Counted from the stretch's first letter, positions 10,645 through 21,626 are shown. The stretch: 64,000 bases of DNA from Candidatus Tenebribacter davisii (GCA_030765535.1 JAVCCH010000086.1:5930-69929); one strand, 5' to 3'. Program-made: numbers and translations. Notes: generated by a model not told the origin, from the letters alone.

Positions 10645-10741
10645 CAATTTATCAGCATTTATCCGCTCATATCAGCGGTTATAAATCTCCTTGCTATTCT
10701 ACTTTTTCTCTTTGATGAAGAGAAACTGCAAAGAGTTCAAA

Positions 10742-13700
10742 TTATTTTTCTTCTGCCATTTTTACATATTTTTCGTAACGTTCTTTGGCATATATCTCAA
10801 ATCCAGTACGGAAACCCTCAACCTTTTCAGGGAATGTCCTTTCAAGAGATTTGTAACGTCTTTCACCATCAAGGAATTCTCTAACTGGTATGGTAGGTTT
10901 TCTTGAGTCTAATACAAGCGGATTCTTTCCTTCTTTCTTTAATTCAGGATTAAATCTGTAAAGAAGCCAATAACCTGTATCAACAGCCTTTTTCTCTTCC
11001 TTAAGAGTTTGTGACATATCAATACCATGATTTATACATGGAGCATACGCCATTATTATTGAAGGTCCATCATAAGCTTCTGCTTCACGAATTGCTTTCA
11101 GAGCTTGAACTTTATTTGCTCCCAATGAAATTGAGGCAACATAAACATAACCATAGCTCATCATCATAAGGCCCATATCTTTTTTAACTGTTTCCTTTCC
11201 AGCTTCAGCAAATTTAGCTACAGCACCAAGCGGAGTTGCTTTTGAAGCTTGTCCACCAGTGTTTGAATAAACTTCTGTATCAACAATAAAAATGTTAACA
11301 TTCCTGCCAGAAGCCATTACGTGGTCAACACCACCATAACCAATATCGTAAGCCCAGCCGTCACCGCCAAAAGACCATACTGATTTATCAACAAAGTGAT
11401 TTTGCAGTTCGATGACCTTTCGGATCACTTCTTTATTCTCCCCAGATGATTTCTTTAAAACTTCCGGAAGCAGCTTTTGTATTTGCATTGAGTTTTCAAC
11501 AGCTTCATTATTTTTTTCATTCCACAATTCAAGAGCATTTCTCAAGATAGACTCTAATTTTGCATCCGTACCGCTTGTGAGAAGTTTTTCAACATTATAA
11601 CGAAGTTGTTTCCTATTTGAATCAACAGCTAATCTCATTCCAAACCCATATTCAGCATTATCTTCAAATAGACTGTTTGCCCATGCTGGTCCATGTCCAT
11701 TTTTATTTTTGCAATACGGAATAGTTGGAAATGTTCCACCCCAGATCGATGTACAACCTGTAGCATTGGCAACGATCATTCTGTTTCCAAAAAGCTGTGT
11801 TATGAGTTTAATATAAGGTGTTTCTCCACAACCGGCACATGCACCAGAGAATTCCATGAGAGGTTGTTTAAACTGACTGCCTTTTACTGTAGTTTCCAGA
11901 TTTGATCCTAAAACATCATAGGGAAGTGATTCAAAGTAATCTACATTAGCTTTTTCACCCAGTTCACGTTCCTCTTCAATTGGTCTCATTTCCAAAGCAC
12001 CTTTTGGACACTCATTTACACAAACTTTACAACCCTGGCAATCTTCTATAAAAACCTGGATCTTATACTTGTATTCTTCTTTATCTTTCCCCATTGCTGT
12101 AAGTGTATTAAAGCTTGCCGGAGCATTCTTCAAATCTTCGTTCTTGATCAATTTTGGTCTTATCGCAGCATGAGGACATACGATAGAGCACTGATTACAT
12201 TGAATACACTTTTCAGAATCCCAATGTGGAACGAATGGTGATACTCCACGTTTTTCAAGCTTCGTAGTTCCGGAAGGAACAAAACCATCTAATGGCATAT
12301 GAGAAACAGGAATATCATCTCCTTTTTCTCTCATTATTTTCTCAATAATGTTTTTAGTGAAATCATCAGAATCGTCAGGTATAAGTTTTTTAATCTTTGC
12401 ATGATCTGCTGGAAGTGATTTTGGAACTTGAATTTCATTCAATGCTTCATTTGTTTTATCAACTGCTTTCCAGTTCATCTCAACTATTTTATTACCTTTT
12501 TTCAGGAAAGTCTTCTCAATAGCTTTTTTGATCATTTTTATTGCTTCATCTCTATTTAAAACACCTGATATAAGGAAGAAAGCTGTTTGCATAACGGTAT
12601 TGATCCTTCCACCAAGACCAACTTCATTTGCTATTTTAAGCGCATTGATATTGTATAATTTAATATTTTTTTTAATTATTGTTTTCTGCATTTCTAATGT
12701 AAGATTTGCAAAAACTTCTTCATCATTCCAATGTGAATTCAATAAGAAAACTCCATTATCTTTAATGCCTTCAAGTATATCATATCGTCCGATGAAAGCT
12801 TGATTATGACATCCGATAAAATCAGCATTTTCTACAAGATATTCAGACTGAATCAGGCTTTTACCAAAACGCAGATGTGAACGGGTAATTCCACCTGATT
12901 TTTTTGAATCATACTGGAAGTATCCTTGAGCATACATATCAGTGTTATCACCAATGATTTTGATAGAGTTTTTGTTTGCACCAACTGTTCCATCTGATCC
13001 CAATCCCCAAAATTTACAACTGATTCCACCTTCCGGCATTGAGTCTACATGATCGGTAACTTTAACTGAAGTATGAGTTAAATCATCATTAATACCTACG
13101 GTAAATCCATGAGTTGCCTTTCCATCAAGGTGATCATAAACTGCTTTTACCATAGAAGGAGTAAATTCTTTCGAAGAAAGTCCGTAACGTCCACCAATAA
13201 TAGTAAGATCTTTTCTATCTTTAAGTGCTGCAACAATATCTAAATAGAGTGGCTCACCAATTGATCCTGGTTCTTTTGTTCTATCAAGAACTGCGATTTT
13301 CTTAACTGATCCCGGAAGAGAATTAATAAATGCATCAACAGAGAAAGGACGATAAAGACGAACTTTTATAAGACCAAGTTTTTCACCTTTTGAATTAAGA
13401 TAATTAATTGTTTCTTCAATAGTATCAGCACCACTACCCATTGCAATGATCACTTTATCGGCATCTTTAGCACCAACATAATCAAATAGATGATAGTGTC
13501 GTCCGATTACCTTAGCCAATTTATCCATGTAATCCTGCACTATTTCAGGAGCTATATTATAATAACTGTTGGAAGTTTCACGACCCTGGAAGAATACATC
13601 AGGATTTTGTGCTCCAACCTTTACCATAGGTCGTTCAGGATTCATAGATCTGTTCCTGAAATCTTCTACATATTTCATATCAACCATTTCACGCATTGTA

Positions 13701-14269
13701 TCATAATCGATAACTTCAATTTTTTGAATCTCATGTGAATTTCTAAAACCATCGAAGAAATTTAAAAATGGGATCTTTGTTTTTAAAGTAGAAAGATGTG
13801 AAACAATACCCAGATCCATGATCTCTTGAATTGAACAAGCTGCCACAAGAGCAAAACCAGTATTTCTTGCTGACATTACATCTGAGTGATCTCCAAAAAT
13901 TGAAAGTGATTGCGCAGCAAGTGATCTGGCAGAAACATGGAAAACAGTAGGTAGCATTTCACCCGCTATTTTATGCATATTTGGAAGCATAAGCATAAGA
14001 CCTTGAGATGCAGTAAAAGTAGTGGTAAAGGCACCTGCAGAGAGTGAACCGTGAACAGCACCTGCAGCTCCAGCTTCAGATTGCATTTCCATAACGTCAA
14101 CAGTTTGATCAAAGATATTCTTACGATTATTAGCTGCCCATGCATCTGCATATTCACCCATTGGAGATGAAGGAGTGATCGGATAAATCGCAGCTACTTC
14201 ACTAAAGGCATAAGCTACATGCGCTGCAGCTGTATTACCATCTAACGTAACTTTCTTAAATTTTTTCAT
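10742..14269 (-). CDS. nifJ: Pyruvate:ferredoxin (flavodoxin) oxidoreductase
   Basis: YPITPSSPM, QSEAGAAG, two CxxCxxCxxxCP ferredoxin motifs, ACAGCGE, GGDGWAYDIG TPP motif. Confidence 0.97.
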   Translation of the reverse strand: MKKFKKVTLDGNTAAAHVAYAFSEVAAIYPITPSSPMGEYADAWAANNRKNIFDQTVDVMEMQSEAGAAGAVHGSLSAGAFTTTFTASQGLMLMLPNMHKIAGEMLPTVFHVSARSLAAQSLSIFGDHSDVMSARNTGFALVAACSIQEIMDLGIVSHLSTLKTKIPFLNFFDGFRNSHEIQKIEVIDYDTMREMVDMKYVEDFRNRSMNPERPMVKVGAQNPDVFFQGRETSNSYYNIAPEIVQDYMDKLAKVIGRHYHLFDYVGAKDADKVIIAMGSGADTIEETINYLNSKGEKLGLIKVRLYRPFSVDAFINSLPGSVKKIAVLDRTKEPGSIGEPLYLDIVAALKDRKDLTIIGGRYGLSSKEFTPSMVKAVYDHLDGKATHGFTVGINDDLTHTSVKVTDHVDSMPEGGISCKFWGLGSDGTVGANKNSIKIIGDNTDMYAQGYFQYDSKKSGGITRSHLRFGKSLIQSEYLVENADFIGCHNQAFIGRYDILEGIKDNGVFLLNSHWNDEEVFANLTLEMQKTIIKKNIKLYNINALKIANEVGLGGRINTVMQTAFFLISGVLNRDEAIKMIKKAIEKTFLKKGNKIVEMNWKAVDKTNEALNEIQVPKSLPADHAKIKKLIPDDSDDFTKNIIEKIMREKGDDIPVSHMPLDGFVPSGTTKLEKRGVSPFVPHWDSEKCIQCNQCSIVCPHAAIRPKLIKNEDLKNAPASFNTLTAMGKDKEEYKYKIQVFIEDCQGCKVCVNECPKGALEMRPIEEERELGEKANVDYFESLPYDVLGSNLETTVKGSQFKQPLMEFSGACAGCGETPYIKLITQLFGNRMIVANATGCTSIWGGTFPTIPYCKNKNGHGPAWANSLFEDNAEYGFGMRLAVDSNRKQLRYNVEKLLTSGTDAKLESILRNALELWNEKNNEAVENSMQIQKLLPEVLKKSSGENKEVIRKVIELQNHFVDKSVWSFGGDGWAYDIGYGGVDHVMASGRNVNIFIVDTEVYSNTGGQASKATPLGAVAKFAEAGKETVKKDMGLMMMSYGYVYVASISLGANKVQALKAIREAEAYDGPSIIMAYAPCINHGIDMSQTLKEEKKAVDTGYWLLYRFNPELKKEGKNPLVLDSRKPTIPVREFLDGERRYKSLERTFPEKVEGFRTGFEIYAKERYEKYVKMAEEK

Positions 14270-14372
14270 TTTAGCTCCTCTTTATTTTATATTTTTTTAT
14301 TTTTATTTTAAGAACAATACAAAAAATGTATCAAGCATTTTGGAGTCAATAATTTAATCTAATAAAAACTTA

Positions 14373-15347
14373 TTATTCTTTATCTGATATTTGCTTATGT
14401 ATATCTTCTTCAAATACAGGTTTCAGATATTTAAATTGATCGTTCACTTTATTACTTTCATATATTCTTTTTTTAATTTGTTCAATTTCATTTTGAAGTT
14501 TAAATTTTTGAGCTTCATTACTAATTTTATACAATTCATTCAGCATATACCAACTCATCAAATATTGCTGTTCCCACTCAAATACCTCAGCTAATCCGGA
14601 AAGGATCTCTATTCTATTCGGATGATTTGGATATTCTAAATATAATCTTAGAAGGGAGTTTTTAGCTTTTTCATACCGTTCAAGTGAAATATTAGCAATA
14701 TAATCTAAGAAAAGTAATTTTTCATTATTAATCGAATCATTTTCAGCGATAAGCGGTTTAAGAATATTCAAAGTTTCATTATATTCTTTTTGAAATATAC
14801 TATTTGTTGCTATTTTGATCTGCAAAGAGTATTTTTCAGATTCATCAACTTCCAATATTATAGTATTATAAACATCATTCGCTTCACTATAAAGCTGATT
14901 ATTTTCATACAAGCTTGCCAGTATATAAAGAAATCCAGTATGTTTCTGGGGAATTAGTGCTTTTGTGACAGCAGATGATACTATATCAATAGCCTGTAAA
15001 GGAGACACGAGCATTATTGCTTTTTCAAAATCTACTAAAACTTCATTTATCAATTGCTCGTCTTGAGTATATAAAATTGCTTTTGCATAACATTCTGAAG
15101 CTTTTAACCAATCTTCCTGATCTTTATAGATAAATCCTTTAAAAATGAAGAGAGAATCTTTTTGTGCTGATACTTCCAAAGTTTTATCAATATATTCAAG
15201 TGCAGTATCATATTCGTTTTTTTCTATATAGAATTTTATCAATTTTATGCTATATTGTATATCATTAATATTAGATGAATTTACATTTTGTGCAGATAAG
15301 TTCACACAAAAAATTAAGATAACAAATAATATAACTATTGATCTCAT
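14373..15347 (-). CDS. Secreted tetratricopeptide-repeat protein
   Basis: Signal peptide followed by helical TPR-like units (YDTALEYIDKTL, LYSEANDVY, YEKAKNSL). Confidence 0.65.
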   Translation of the reverse strand: MRSIVILFVILIFCVNLSAQNVNSSNINDIQYSIKLIKFYIEKNEYDTALEYIDKTLEVSAQKDSLFIFKGFIYKDQEDWLKASECYAKAILYTQDEQLINEVLVDFEKAIMLVSPLQAIDIVSSAVTKALIPQKHTGFLYILASLYENNQLYSEANDVYNTIILEVDESEKYSLQIKIATNSIFQKEYNETLNILKPLIAENDSINNEKLLFLDYIANISLERYEKAKNSLLRLYLEYPNHPNRIEILSGLAEVFEWEQQYLMSWYMLNELYKISNEAQKFKLQNEIEQIKKRIYESNKVNDQFKYLKPVFEEDIHKQISDKE

Positions 15348-15424
15348 TTTGTTTCCTTAAATATAATTATGATTTGAGGAATAAATAATCAAATGTAGTG
15401 TCAAGTTGAAAGTTCTTTTTCAAC

Positions 15425-16189
15425 TCATTCTTGAGCAAATATTGCTGCACCTAATGCTCCAGTTATAAATGACTTTTCCGGTACAATAATTTCTGAGCCC
15501 ATAATCTTTGAAATTGCGGTTTGCATTCCGGTATTTTTTGCTACTCCACCTGTAAATACTACCGGCTCCTGCCAATGAAGTTGAGAAGCAAGATTTTTTG
15601 TTCTCTTTGCAATTGAATGATGTACTGCCTTAATTATATCTTCCTTTCCCCAACCTTCTGCAATAAGGCCAATTATTTCTGATTCGGCAAAAACAACACA
15701 AGTACTATTGATATCGACCTTTTTGGTAGAATGTTCTGATAATTCTCCCAACTCGTCAATAGTCGTTTCAAGGGTTGTAGCAGTAACTTCTAAAAATTTA
15801 CCGGTACCTGCTGCACATCTGTCATTCATTACAAAGTCAATTACATGCCCTTCCCCATTTAAAAGAATGATCTTAGAATCTTGTCCTCCAATATCTATAA
15901 TCGTTCTCACCTGAGGGAAAAAATATCTTGCTCCCTTTGCATGACAGCTGATTTCTGAAATTCGTTTATCAGAGAAGGGAACAATATTCCTGCCATAACC
16001 GGTAGAATAAATATTTTTTATTTCAGAAATGTGTAAAGATGTTGCTTCCAAAGCTTCAGCTAATAACTCTTCTGATCTCTTTCTGGGATTAACTCCTGTA
16101 TCGGTGACTCTTGAATATATTATTTTATCCTTTTGCAAAACAACAATTTTTGACATCCTGGAGCCAAGATCAATACCAATAGTTTTCAT
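15425..16189 (-). CDS. 2-hydroxyacyl-CoA dehydratase activase (HgdC/BadF-type ASKHA ATPase)
   Basis: IGIDLGS, TGYGR, EISCHAKG, DIGGQDSK, MNDRCAAGTG, TCVVFAESE, TGGVAKN. Confidence 0.92.
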   Translation of the reverse strand: MKTIGIDLGSRMSKIVVLQKDKIIYSRVTDTGVNPRKRSEELLAEALEATSLHISEIKNIYSTGYGRNIVPFSDKRISEISCHAKGARYFFPQVRTIIDIGGQDSKIILLNGEGHVIDFVMNDRCAAGTGKFLEVTATTLETTIDELGELSEHSTKKVDINSTCVVFAESEIIGLIAEGWGKEDIIKAVHHSIAKRTKNLASQLHWQEPVVFTGGVAKNTGMQTAISKIMGSEIIVPEKSFITGALGAAIFAQE

Positions 16190-16209
16190 TCTTCTCCGTT
16201 CCAAATTGT

Positions 16210-18732
16210 TTATATCATGATCTGTACAAAATAATTATCTTCATTGAAATATTCTTTTGCAAGATCATGTAGAATTTTAACATTCACATTTGCTAAACGC
16301 GCATCTCTTTCGAGATAATATTTATATCCTAATCCTAATGATTCTAGTATTGAAAGTGTTTGTGCTTGATTTAATACGCTCTCTTCTTCCATTAATCTTT
16401 GCCCCCGGATATAGTTCTTTGTGGTTTCCAGCACTTTATTGCTTATACCATTAGTTTTTACTTCTTTCAGAACATTACGGATAATATCAACGGCTTGATA
16501 TTTACTTTCTTTATCAACAATAGCAGAAGCAACCCAAAAACCAGCAGTTCTCACTGAATTAAATGTAAAGTCTACAGAATAAGCAAGTCCTCGTTCTTCT
16601 CTAAGTTCACGGAACAGAATAGAATCACTCTCACCGCCAATGATCTGTGAGAGAACATGGAATGCAGTGTTTTTCTTTTTATCAGTAGTATCACAGGCAA
16701 ATCCGCCAATATTAATAATTGCTTGATCCATTCCTTTTTTGATAAGTTTATTCCTATTTTTAGATGAGTTTATGATTGCTTGCTGGATAGATTTAGGATG
16801 TTTTCCTTTTTCATAAATAAAATTCGATTCACATAAGCTATAGGCTTCTTCAAAATTAAAATCTCCAACAATAGATAGAGAGATATTCTCTGGCAGATAA
16901 TACTGTTTATACCAGTTTCTTACCTGTTTTAATGTGATGTTTTGAATCGTAGTTTTTGAACCGGAGCGGCTGCTAATATTACTTTTTTTACCAAAAAGTA
17001 ATTCCTTAAAAAGCATGGCAGCATGATGTTGAGGATAATCCTTTATTCTATCAAGGTTGCTTTTAGTTGTTAGTTTAATGTTCTCAAAATGTTCTTTAGG
17101 GAAAGTGGGATGCAATACAACATCGGAGATTAATTCTAAACTCACCGGCAGTATCTCTTTAAAACATTTTGAACTGACAATGGTCGTTTCACTTTGTGGA
17201 CTTATACTGAAATTGATTCCTTTGGAAGTACAAAAATTCAAAAACTGCTGATAATTTCTATTTTCGTTACCATACAACATCAATGCAGATGTAAGATAGT
17301 TAATTCCCAGATTTTCCTTTGTCTCATTTAATTGAGAAACTTCATACGAAAGAGAGATACCAATTGTAGGTTTTCCCAAAACTTTTTTAAAAAGTATCTT
17401 CATTCCATTTTTTAAACGGGTTTCAAAAAAATCTTTCTCAGTAATTTTGTTATTTACGGGTCTATTTTTAAGTAGCTTTCCAATAATGTTTTCATTGATA
17501 TTATCAGGACCAGTATAATATAATTTCAAGTGATCTTTTTTAAAATAATCTTTAATTATCCTGTTTATATCATTTCGGGAAATATTCCTTACCATCTCCG
17601 GATACTCGAAGAATTTTTTATAAGTTGATAATATCTCTTCACTTCCCAAACTTGATGCAAGTGATTCAACATATTCAAAAGAATATCTATAGAAGAAGAC
17701 CATCTCTTTTTTATTATCTTCAAGTTCAATATCATTAATCCCATGTAAAAGATATTGTTCCAATTCTTCCAGAAATATTCTGCAGATCTTTGTTATATCA
17801 GCTTTCTTTTTGGGCATGATCATAATAACTGATGCACCGTCATTAATTCCACTGAGAGAATGGACATGCACATTATCAATTAATTTTTCCTCAGTAAACA
17901 ATCTATTATAGATCCTAGAATTCTTCCCTAGTGTAAAAGCTTTTGTTGCAAGTGATATTGCATAAGAATCAGGATCCGTTTCAGATAAATCAGGCATTAC
18001 AAATGCCAGCATATTACTGGAAATTTCTCTCGGCAGATGTTTTATCTCAGGTTTTGTAGGGAAATGATTACTAATTCTTTTACGTTCATTAAGTTTGGAA
18101 GGTTTCCAATTCCCAAAATATTTTTCAATGATATCATCAATTTCATTTCCTTTTATATCACCAGACACAACCAAGAAACAGTTATTAGGAACATAATACT
18201 TTTTATAAAAACAGTGTAATAGATCCGGTTTTGCTTTCCTGAGCGAATTCATATTTCCAATAATTGGTTTTTTATATGGGTTCTTAGTAAAATAGTTTGC
18301 TGCAACATCTTCTATAAATGAGTCTTCAGGTTCATTTTTTAATTGCTTTAATTCTTCAATAACTACTTTTTTCTCAGAAATGAAATCCTTATTAGAAAAA
18401 TTTGCGTTTATCGCTAATTCAGAGAGTATTTCAATTCCTTCCTCAATAAATTTAGAGGGAATAGTAATATACAAACAGGTAGAATCAAACTCTGTATACG
18501 CATTTATTGATCCGCCCAGGTTGGTTACTTTATTCATTATCGCATTCTGAGGGAACTTTTTGGTTGATTTAAATACAAGATGTTCTGTCAAATGTGAATA
18601 TCCTGCTTCTGATCTATCTTCCCAGGCAGAACCGATACGAATATAGAATTGAAGACAGATAAGAGGATTAGAATTATCCCTTGCAATTATTACTTTAAAA
18701 TCATTATTAAATGTTTTTGATGTTACTTTCAT
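16210..18732 (-). CDS. M16 family zinc peptidase (pitrilysin/PqqL-like, two-half)
   Basis: HLTEH inverted HxxEH motif, NAYT; the second half is inactive and carries LREERGLAY. Confidence 0.92.
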   Translation of the reverse strand: MKVTSKTFNNDFKVIIARDNSNPLICLQFYIRIGSAWEDRSEAGYSHLTEHLVFKSTKKFPQNAIMNKVTNLGGSINAYTEFDSTCLYITIPSKFIEEGIEILSELAINANFSNKDFISEKKVVIEELKQLKNEPEDSFIEDVAANYFTKNPYKKPIIGNMNSLRKAKPDLLHCFYKKYYVPNNCFLVVSGDIKGNEIDDIIEKYFGNWKPSKLNERKRISNHFPTKPEIKHLPREISSNMLAFVMPDLSETDPDSYAISLATKAFTLGKNSRIYNRLFTEEKLIDNVHVHSLSGINDGASVIMIMPKKKADITKICRIFLEELEQYLLHGINDIELEDNKKEMVFFYRYSFEYVESLASSLGSEEILSTYKKFFEYPEMVRNISRNDINRIIKDYFKKDHLKLYYTGPDNINENIIGKLLKNRPVNNKITEKDFFETRLKNGMKILFKKVLGKPTIGISLSYEVSQLNETKENLGINYLTSALMLYGNENRNYQQFLNFCTSKGINFSISPQSETTIVSSKCFKEILPVSLELISDVVLHPTFPKEHFENIKLTTKSNLDRIKDYPQHHAAMLFKELLFGKKSNISSRSGSKTTIQNITLKQVRNWYKQYYLPENISLSIVGDFNFEEAYSLCESNFIYEKGKHPKSIQQAIINSSKNRNKLIKKGMDQAIINIGGFACDTTDKKKNTAFHVLSQIIGGESDSILFRELREERGLAYSVDFTFNSVRTAGFWVASAIVDKESKYQAVDIIRNVLKEVKTNGISNKVLETTKNYIRGQRLMEEESVLNQAQTLSILESLGLGYKYYLERDARLANVNVKILHDLAKEYFNEDNYFVQIMI

Positions 18733-19518
18733 TTAGTCCTTTCTTTTATCAAATTCAACGCAAGCATAAGCATTATGATTATGAATTGATTCATAATTCT
18801 CTGATTGTACTTTGAACCAATCCACTCTTGCATCTTTTTTTAATTTTAGTGTTACTTCTCTAACAATATCTTCCACAAATCTGGGGTTATCATAAGCTTT
18901 CTCTGTAACATATTTTTCATCGACCCGCTTGAGCAGAGAATATATCTCACAACTAGCACAACTTTCCACCAGTTCAATCATCTCTTCCAACCAAATAAAT
19001 TTATTATATGTGATCATGACATTCACCATTGAACGCTGGCTGTGCGCACCATTATCACTTATCTCTTTTGAACATGGACACAATGTAGTAATAGGTACTT
19101 CAACTCCAATCTGCATTTTAAATTTATCATCCAGAGAAGCTTGAAAAAAACAATTATAAGAAAGTAGAGAAGTAGTTTTGGAAACTGGAGCAGTCTTTTT
19201 CATGAAATAAGGAAACCTAATATTAACAGAAGCATATTCGGAATTAAGCGCTTTCTTTATTTCAGCAAGAAATTCCGGTAATCTCATGATGAGATTATCT
19301 TTATGAAATTTATTAAGAACTTCCAGGAAACGACTCATGTGTGTTCCCCTGTGATGATGCGGTAGTTCTACATATATATCAAGATCAGCAATCGTCGTTT
19401 GCTGATTGTTTTCTCGATCATCCACAATAATGGGATACTTAACATTTTTTACACCAACTTCATTTATTGTTACTTTCCTGTTATCTTCTAAACTTTGAAT
19501 ATCAATTTTATTTTTCAT
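18733..19518 (-). CDS. folE2: GTP cyclohydrolase IB
   Basis: RGTHMSRF, TTLCPCSKEIS, GAHSQRS, FVEDIVR, ESIHNHNA. Confidence 0.96.
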   Translation of the reverse strand: MKNKIDIQSLEDNRKVTINEVGVKNVKYPIIVDDRENNQQTTIADLDIYVELPHHHRGTHMSRFLEVLNKFHKDNLIMRLPEFLAEIKKALNSEYASVNIRFPYFMKKTAPVSKTTSLLSYNCFFQASLDDKFKMQIGVEVPITTLCPCSKEISDNGAHSQRSMVNVMITYNKFIWLEEMIELVESCASCEIYSLLKRVDEKYVTEKAYDNPRFVEDIVREVTLKLKKDARVDWFKVQSENYESIHNHNAYACVEFDKRKD

Positions 19519-19544
19519 AATATGTCCTTATACATTTTATATAA

Positions 19545-20528
19545 TTATTTATAATCACTAATTCCTTTTGTTTCAAGTTTTTCTATTTTATTTTCTTTAA
19601 AATAATATACGATAGCTTCAACATCATCTGTTCTATTTGCAAGTTCAATAGCCGATTCCGGTTTTAAAAGGAAAAGTGCAGTTGAATGTGCATCGGCTAT
19701 TAATGCAGTTTCCGCAATTACTGTAACAGATATTGCCTCATGAGACGGATAACCAGTTAATGGATCAAGTATATGATGATAACGAATTCCATCCTCAATG
19801 AAATATCTTTCATAATCTCCAGAAGTGACTACAGATCTATTAATTATGCTAAGTACATCAATTGTTTCATTTGAATCGCTTCTTGGATGCATAATGCCTA
19901 TCTTTACAGGCTTTTTATTACCAAATATTCTTATGTCTCCACCTGCATTTATGTATCCTGATATCACATCTTTCTGAGTTAAATATTCAATGGTTTTATC
20001 AATAATGTACCCTTTTGCCAGACTTCCTAAATTTATTTTTATCCCCTCTGATCCCTTCAGATACCCGTTTATAATTGTTAATTTATTGAATCCGGTACTT
20101 AACTTTGCTTTTTCGATCTCTTTACCTGACGGGATAATATTATTTTCAAAATCCCAGATTTCAGATAATGCACCGATAGTGATATCGTAATGTGAATTAG
20201 TATCAATGTTCAGCTGGCGGGAAATCGCTAAAATATTTTTGAGATCTTCATCAAGATACAAACTTTCAATTTCATTGTTATTGAATTGCCAGATTGGACT
20301 TTCTTTTTTATAAAATGAAAATTTTTTTTCATAATCTTCCATTAATTTAAAAGCACCAGCTATGGTTTCATCTGTATTTTTATCTTTTGATTCAATTTTT
20401 ATATCTACGATCGTATCCATAACAAAAGCTGATTTCTGATTAGAATACGTTAATTTAGAAAATCGATAAGCTGCAAAAGCAAATACGATAACAAATAAAA
20501 CTATATTAATTATATCTTTCCGTTTCAT
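19545..20528 (-). CDS. apbE: FAD:protein FMN transferase
   Basis: LGSLAKGY, NAGGDI, TSGDYERYF, YHHILDP.TGYP, ADAHSTA. Confidence 0.93.
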   Translation of the reverse strand: MKRKDIINIVLFVIVFAFAAYRFSKLTYSNQKSAFVMDTIVDIKIESKDKNTDETIAGAFKLMEDYEKKFSFYKKESPIWQFNNNEIESLYLDEDLKNILAISRQLNIDTNSHYDITIGALSEIWDFENNIIPSGKEIEKAKLSTGFNKLTIINGYLKGSEGIKINLGSLAKGYIIDKTIEYLTQKDVISGYINAGGDIRIFGNKKPVKIGIMHPRSDSNETIDVLSIINRSVVTSGDYERYFIEDGIRYHHILDPLTGYPSHEAISVTVIAETALIADAHSTALFLLKPESAIELANRTDDVEAIVYYFKENKIEKLETKGISDYK

Positions 20529-20654
20529 ATATTCGTCACAAAAAAATTAGATGTTAATCTGTCAATTCTTATGGTTTTAGGTTAATTATTTGTTAATCTG
20601 CGGTTTCTTTTTGATGAGATTAACTGGTTAGACATGATCTAGATGTATATTGTT

Positions 20655-21149
20655 TTAAAATGTTATAGCCAATCCGACATTAATTATATTTGATTGCAGT
20701 CCAATATCAATTGAAGGACGAATATAACACATGTTTTTTATATTAAAACTGTATCCATATCCTATCGATAACATTGGTATTAGAACAGTTTTACAATCCT
20801 CACAATAAAAAATGGGGGAAATAATAATACCACCAATTTTGAATATTAAGAATGATCTCTTTCTTTCAAGGTTCCAAAATCTGTTTGCTTGCAGATAAAT
20901 ACTGTCGAAAGTGCTGGAATTCATTGGCGTGAAAGTTATTTTCGGTCCTGCAACATGAGATATTAATTCATTCTTGTAATTCAAAATCAATTCCCATACA
21001 TGATTTTCATAAACATTAGTTACTCCAATACCAACTCTTATTCCAGAAAATACTCCAGTTGTAGGTGAAATAACGATTATTGGTTTTTGAATTTCAGCAG
21101 AAATTGAAATTGCTATTATTAACGCAATAACAATAAAATATTTTTTCAT
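20655..21149 (-). CDS. Small predicted outer-membrane beta-barrel protein (paralog 1)
   Basis: Signal peptide, alternating beta-strand pattern, C-terminal Phe. Confidence 0.6.
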   Translation of the reverse strand: MKKYFIVIALIIAISISAEIQKPIIVISPTTGVFSGIRVGIGVTNVYENHVWELILNYKNELISHVAGPKITFTPMNSSTFDSIYLQANRFWNLERKRSFLIFKIGGIIISPIFYCEDCKTVLIPMLSIGYGYSFNIKNMCYIRPSIDIGLQSNIINVGLAITF

Positions 21150-21161
21150 TTATTTTTCCAT

Positions 21162-21626
21162 TTAAAATGTAATTGATAAATTCAGATTACTTATTACCGC
21201 TTTAATACCCAAATCAATTGATATACGGAAATATGAATTGTCTCCAATTTTTTTACTATAACCAATTCCTCCAGCAATATTAGGTAGAGTTAATCTTGCA
21301 CTACGACCTCCAATTGCAGCAATATGATCAATCCCAATATTAAATGTGTAGAACATGCCTGTTCGTGTTGAATCTTTAAAATACCTATTTTGGAAATATA
21401 TGCCGCCTCCAAAAAAGAAAGGACTTAAACCAGCATGCACGATAATCATTTTCTCAATTCTTTGATTCTCTGATACAGGTCCAATACCTAAACTAAGTGT
21501 GGAAAAAAATCCGAGTGATAAAGAACTTGTATAAACCGTTTGATTTATTAAATCCATTTCCAATTCATCAGAAAATGCAAATGACATTATTAAAATGCAA
21601 ATCATAATTACAATGATTCTCTTCAT
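21162..21626 (-). CDS. Small predicted outer-membrane beta-barrel protein (paralog 2)
   Basis: Signal peptide; GIGYS..FRISIDLG..LSITF matches the neighbour's GYGYS..IRPSIDIG..LAITF. Confidence 0.6.
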   Translation of the reverse strand: MKRIIVIMICILIMSFAFSDELEMDLINQTVYTSSLSLGFFSTLSLGIGPVSENQRIEKMIIVHAGLSPFFFGGGIYFQNRYFKDSTRTGMFYTFNIGIDHIAAIGGRSARLTLPNIAGGIGYSKKIGDNSYFRISIDLGIKAVISNLNLSITF

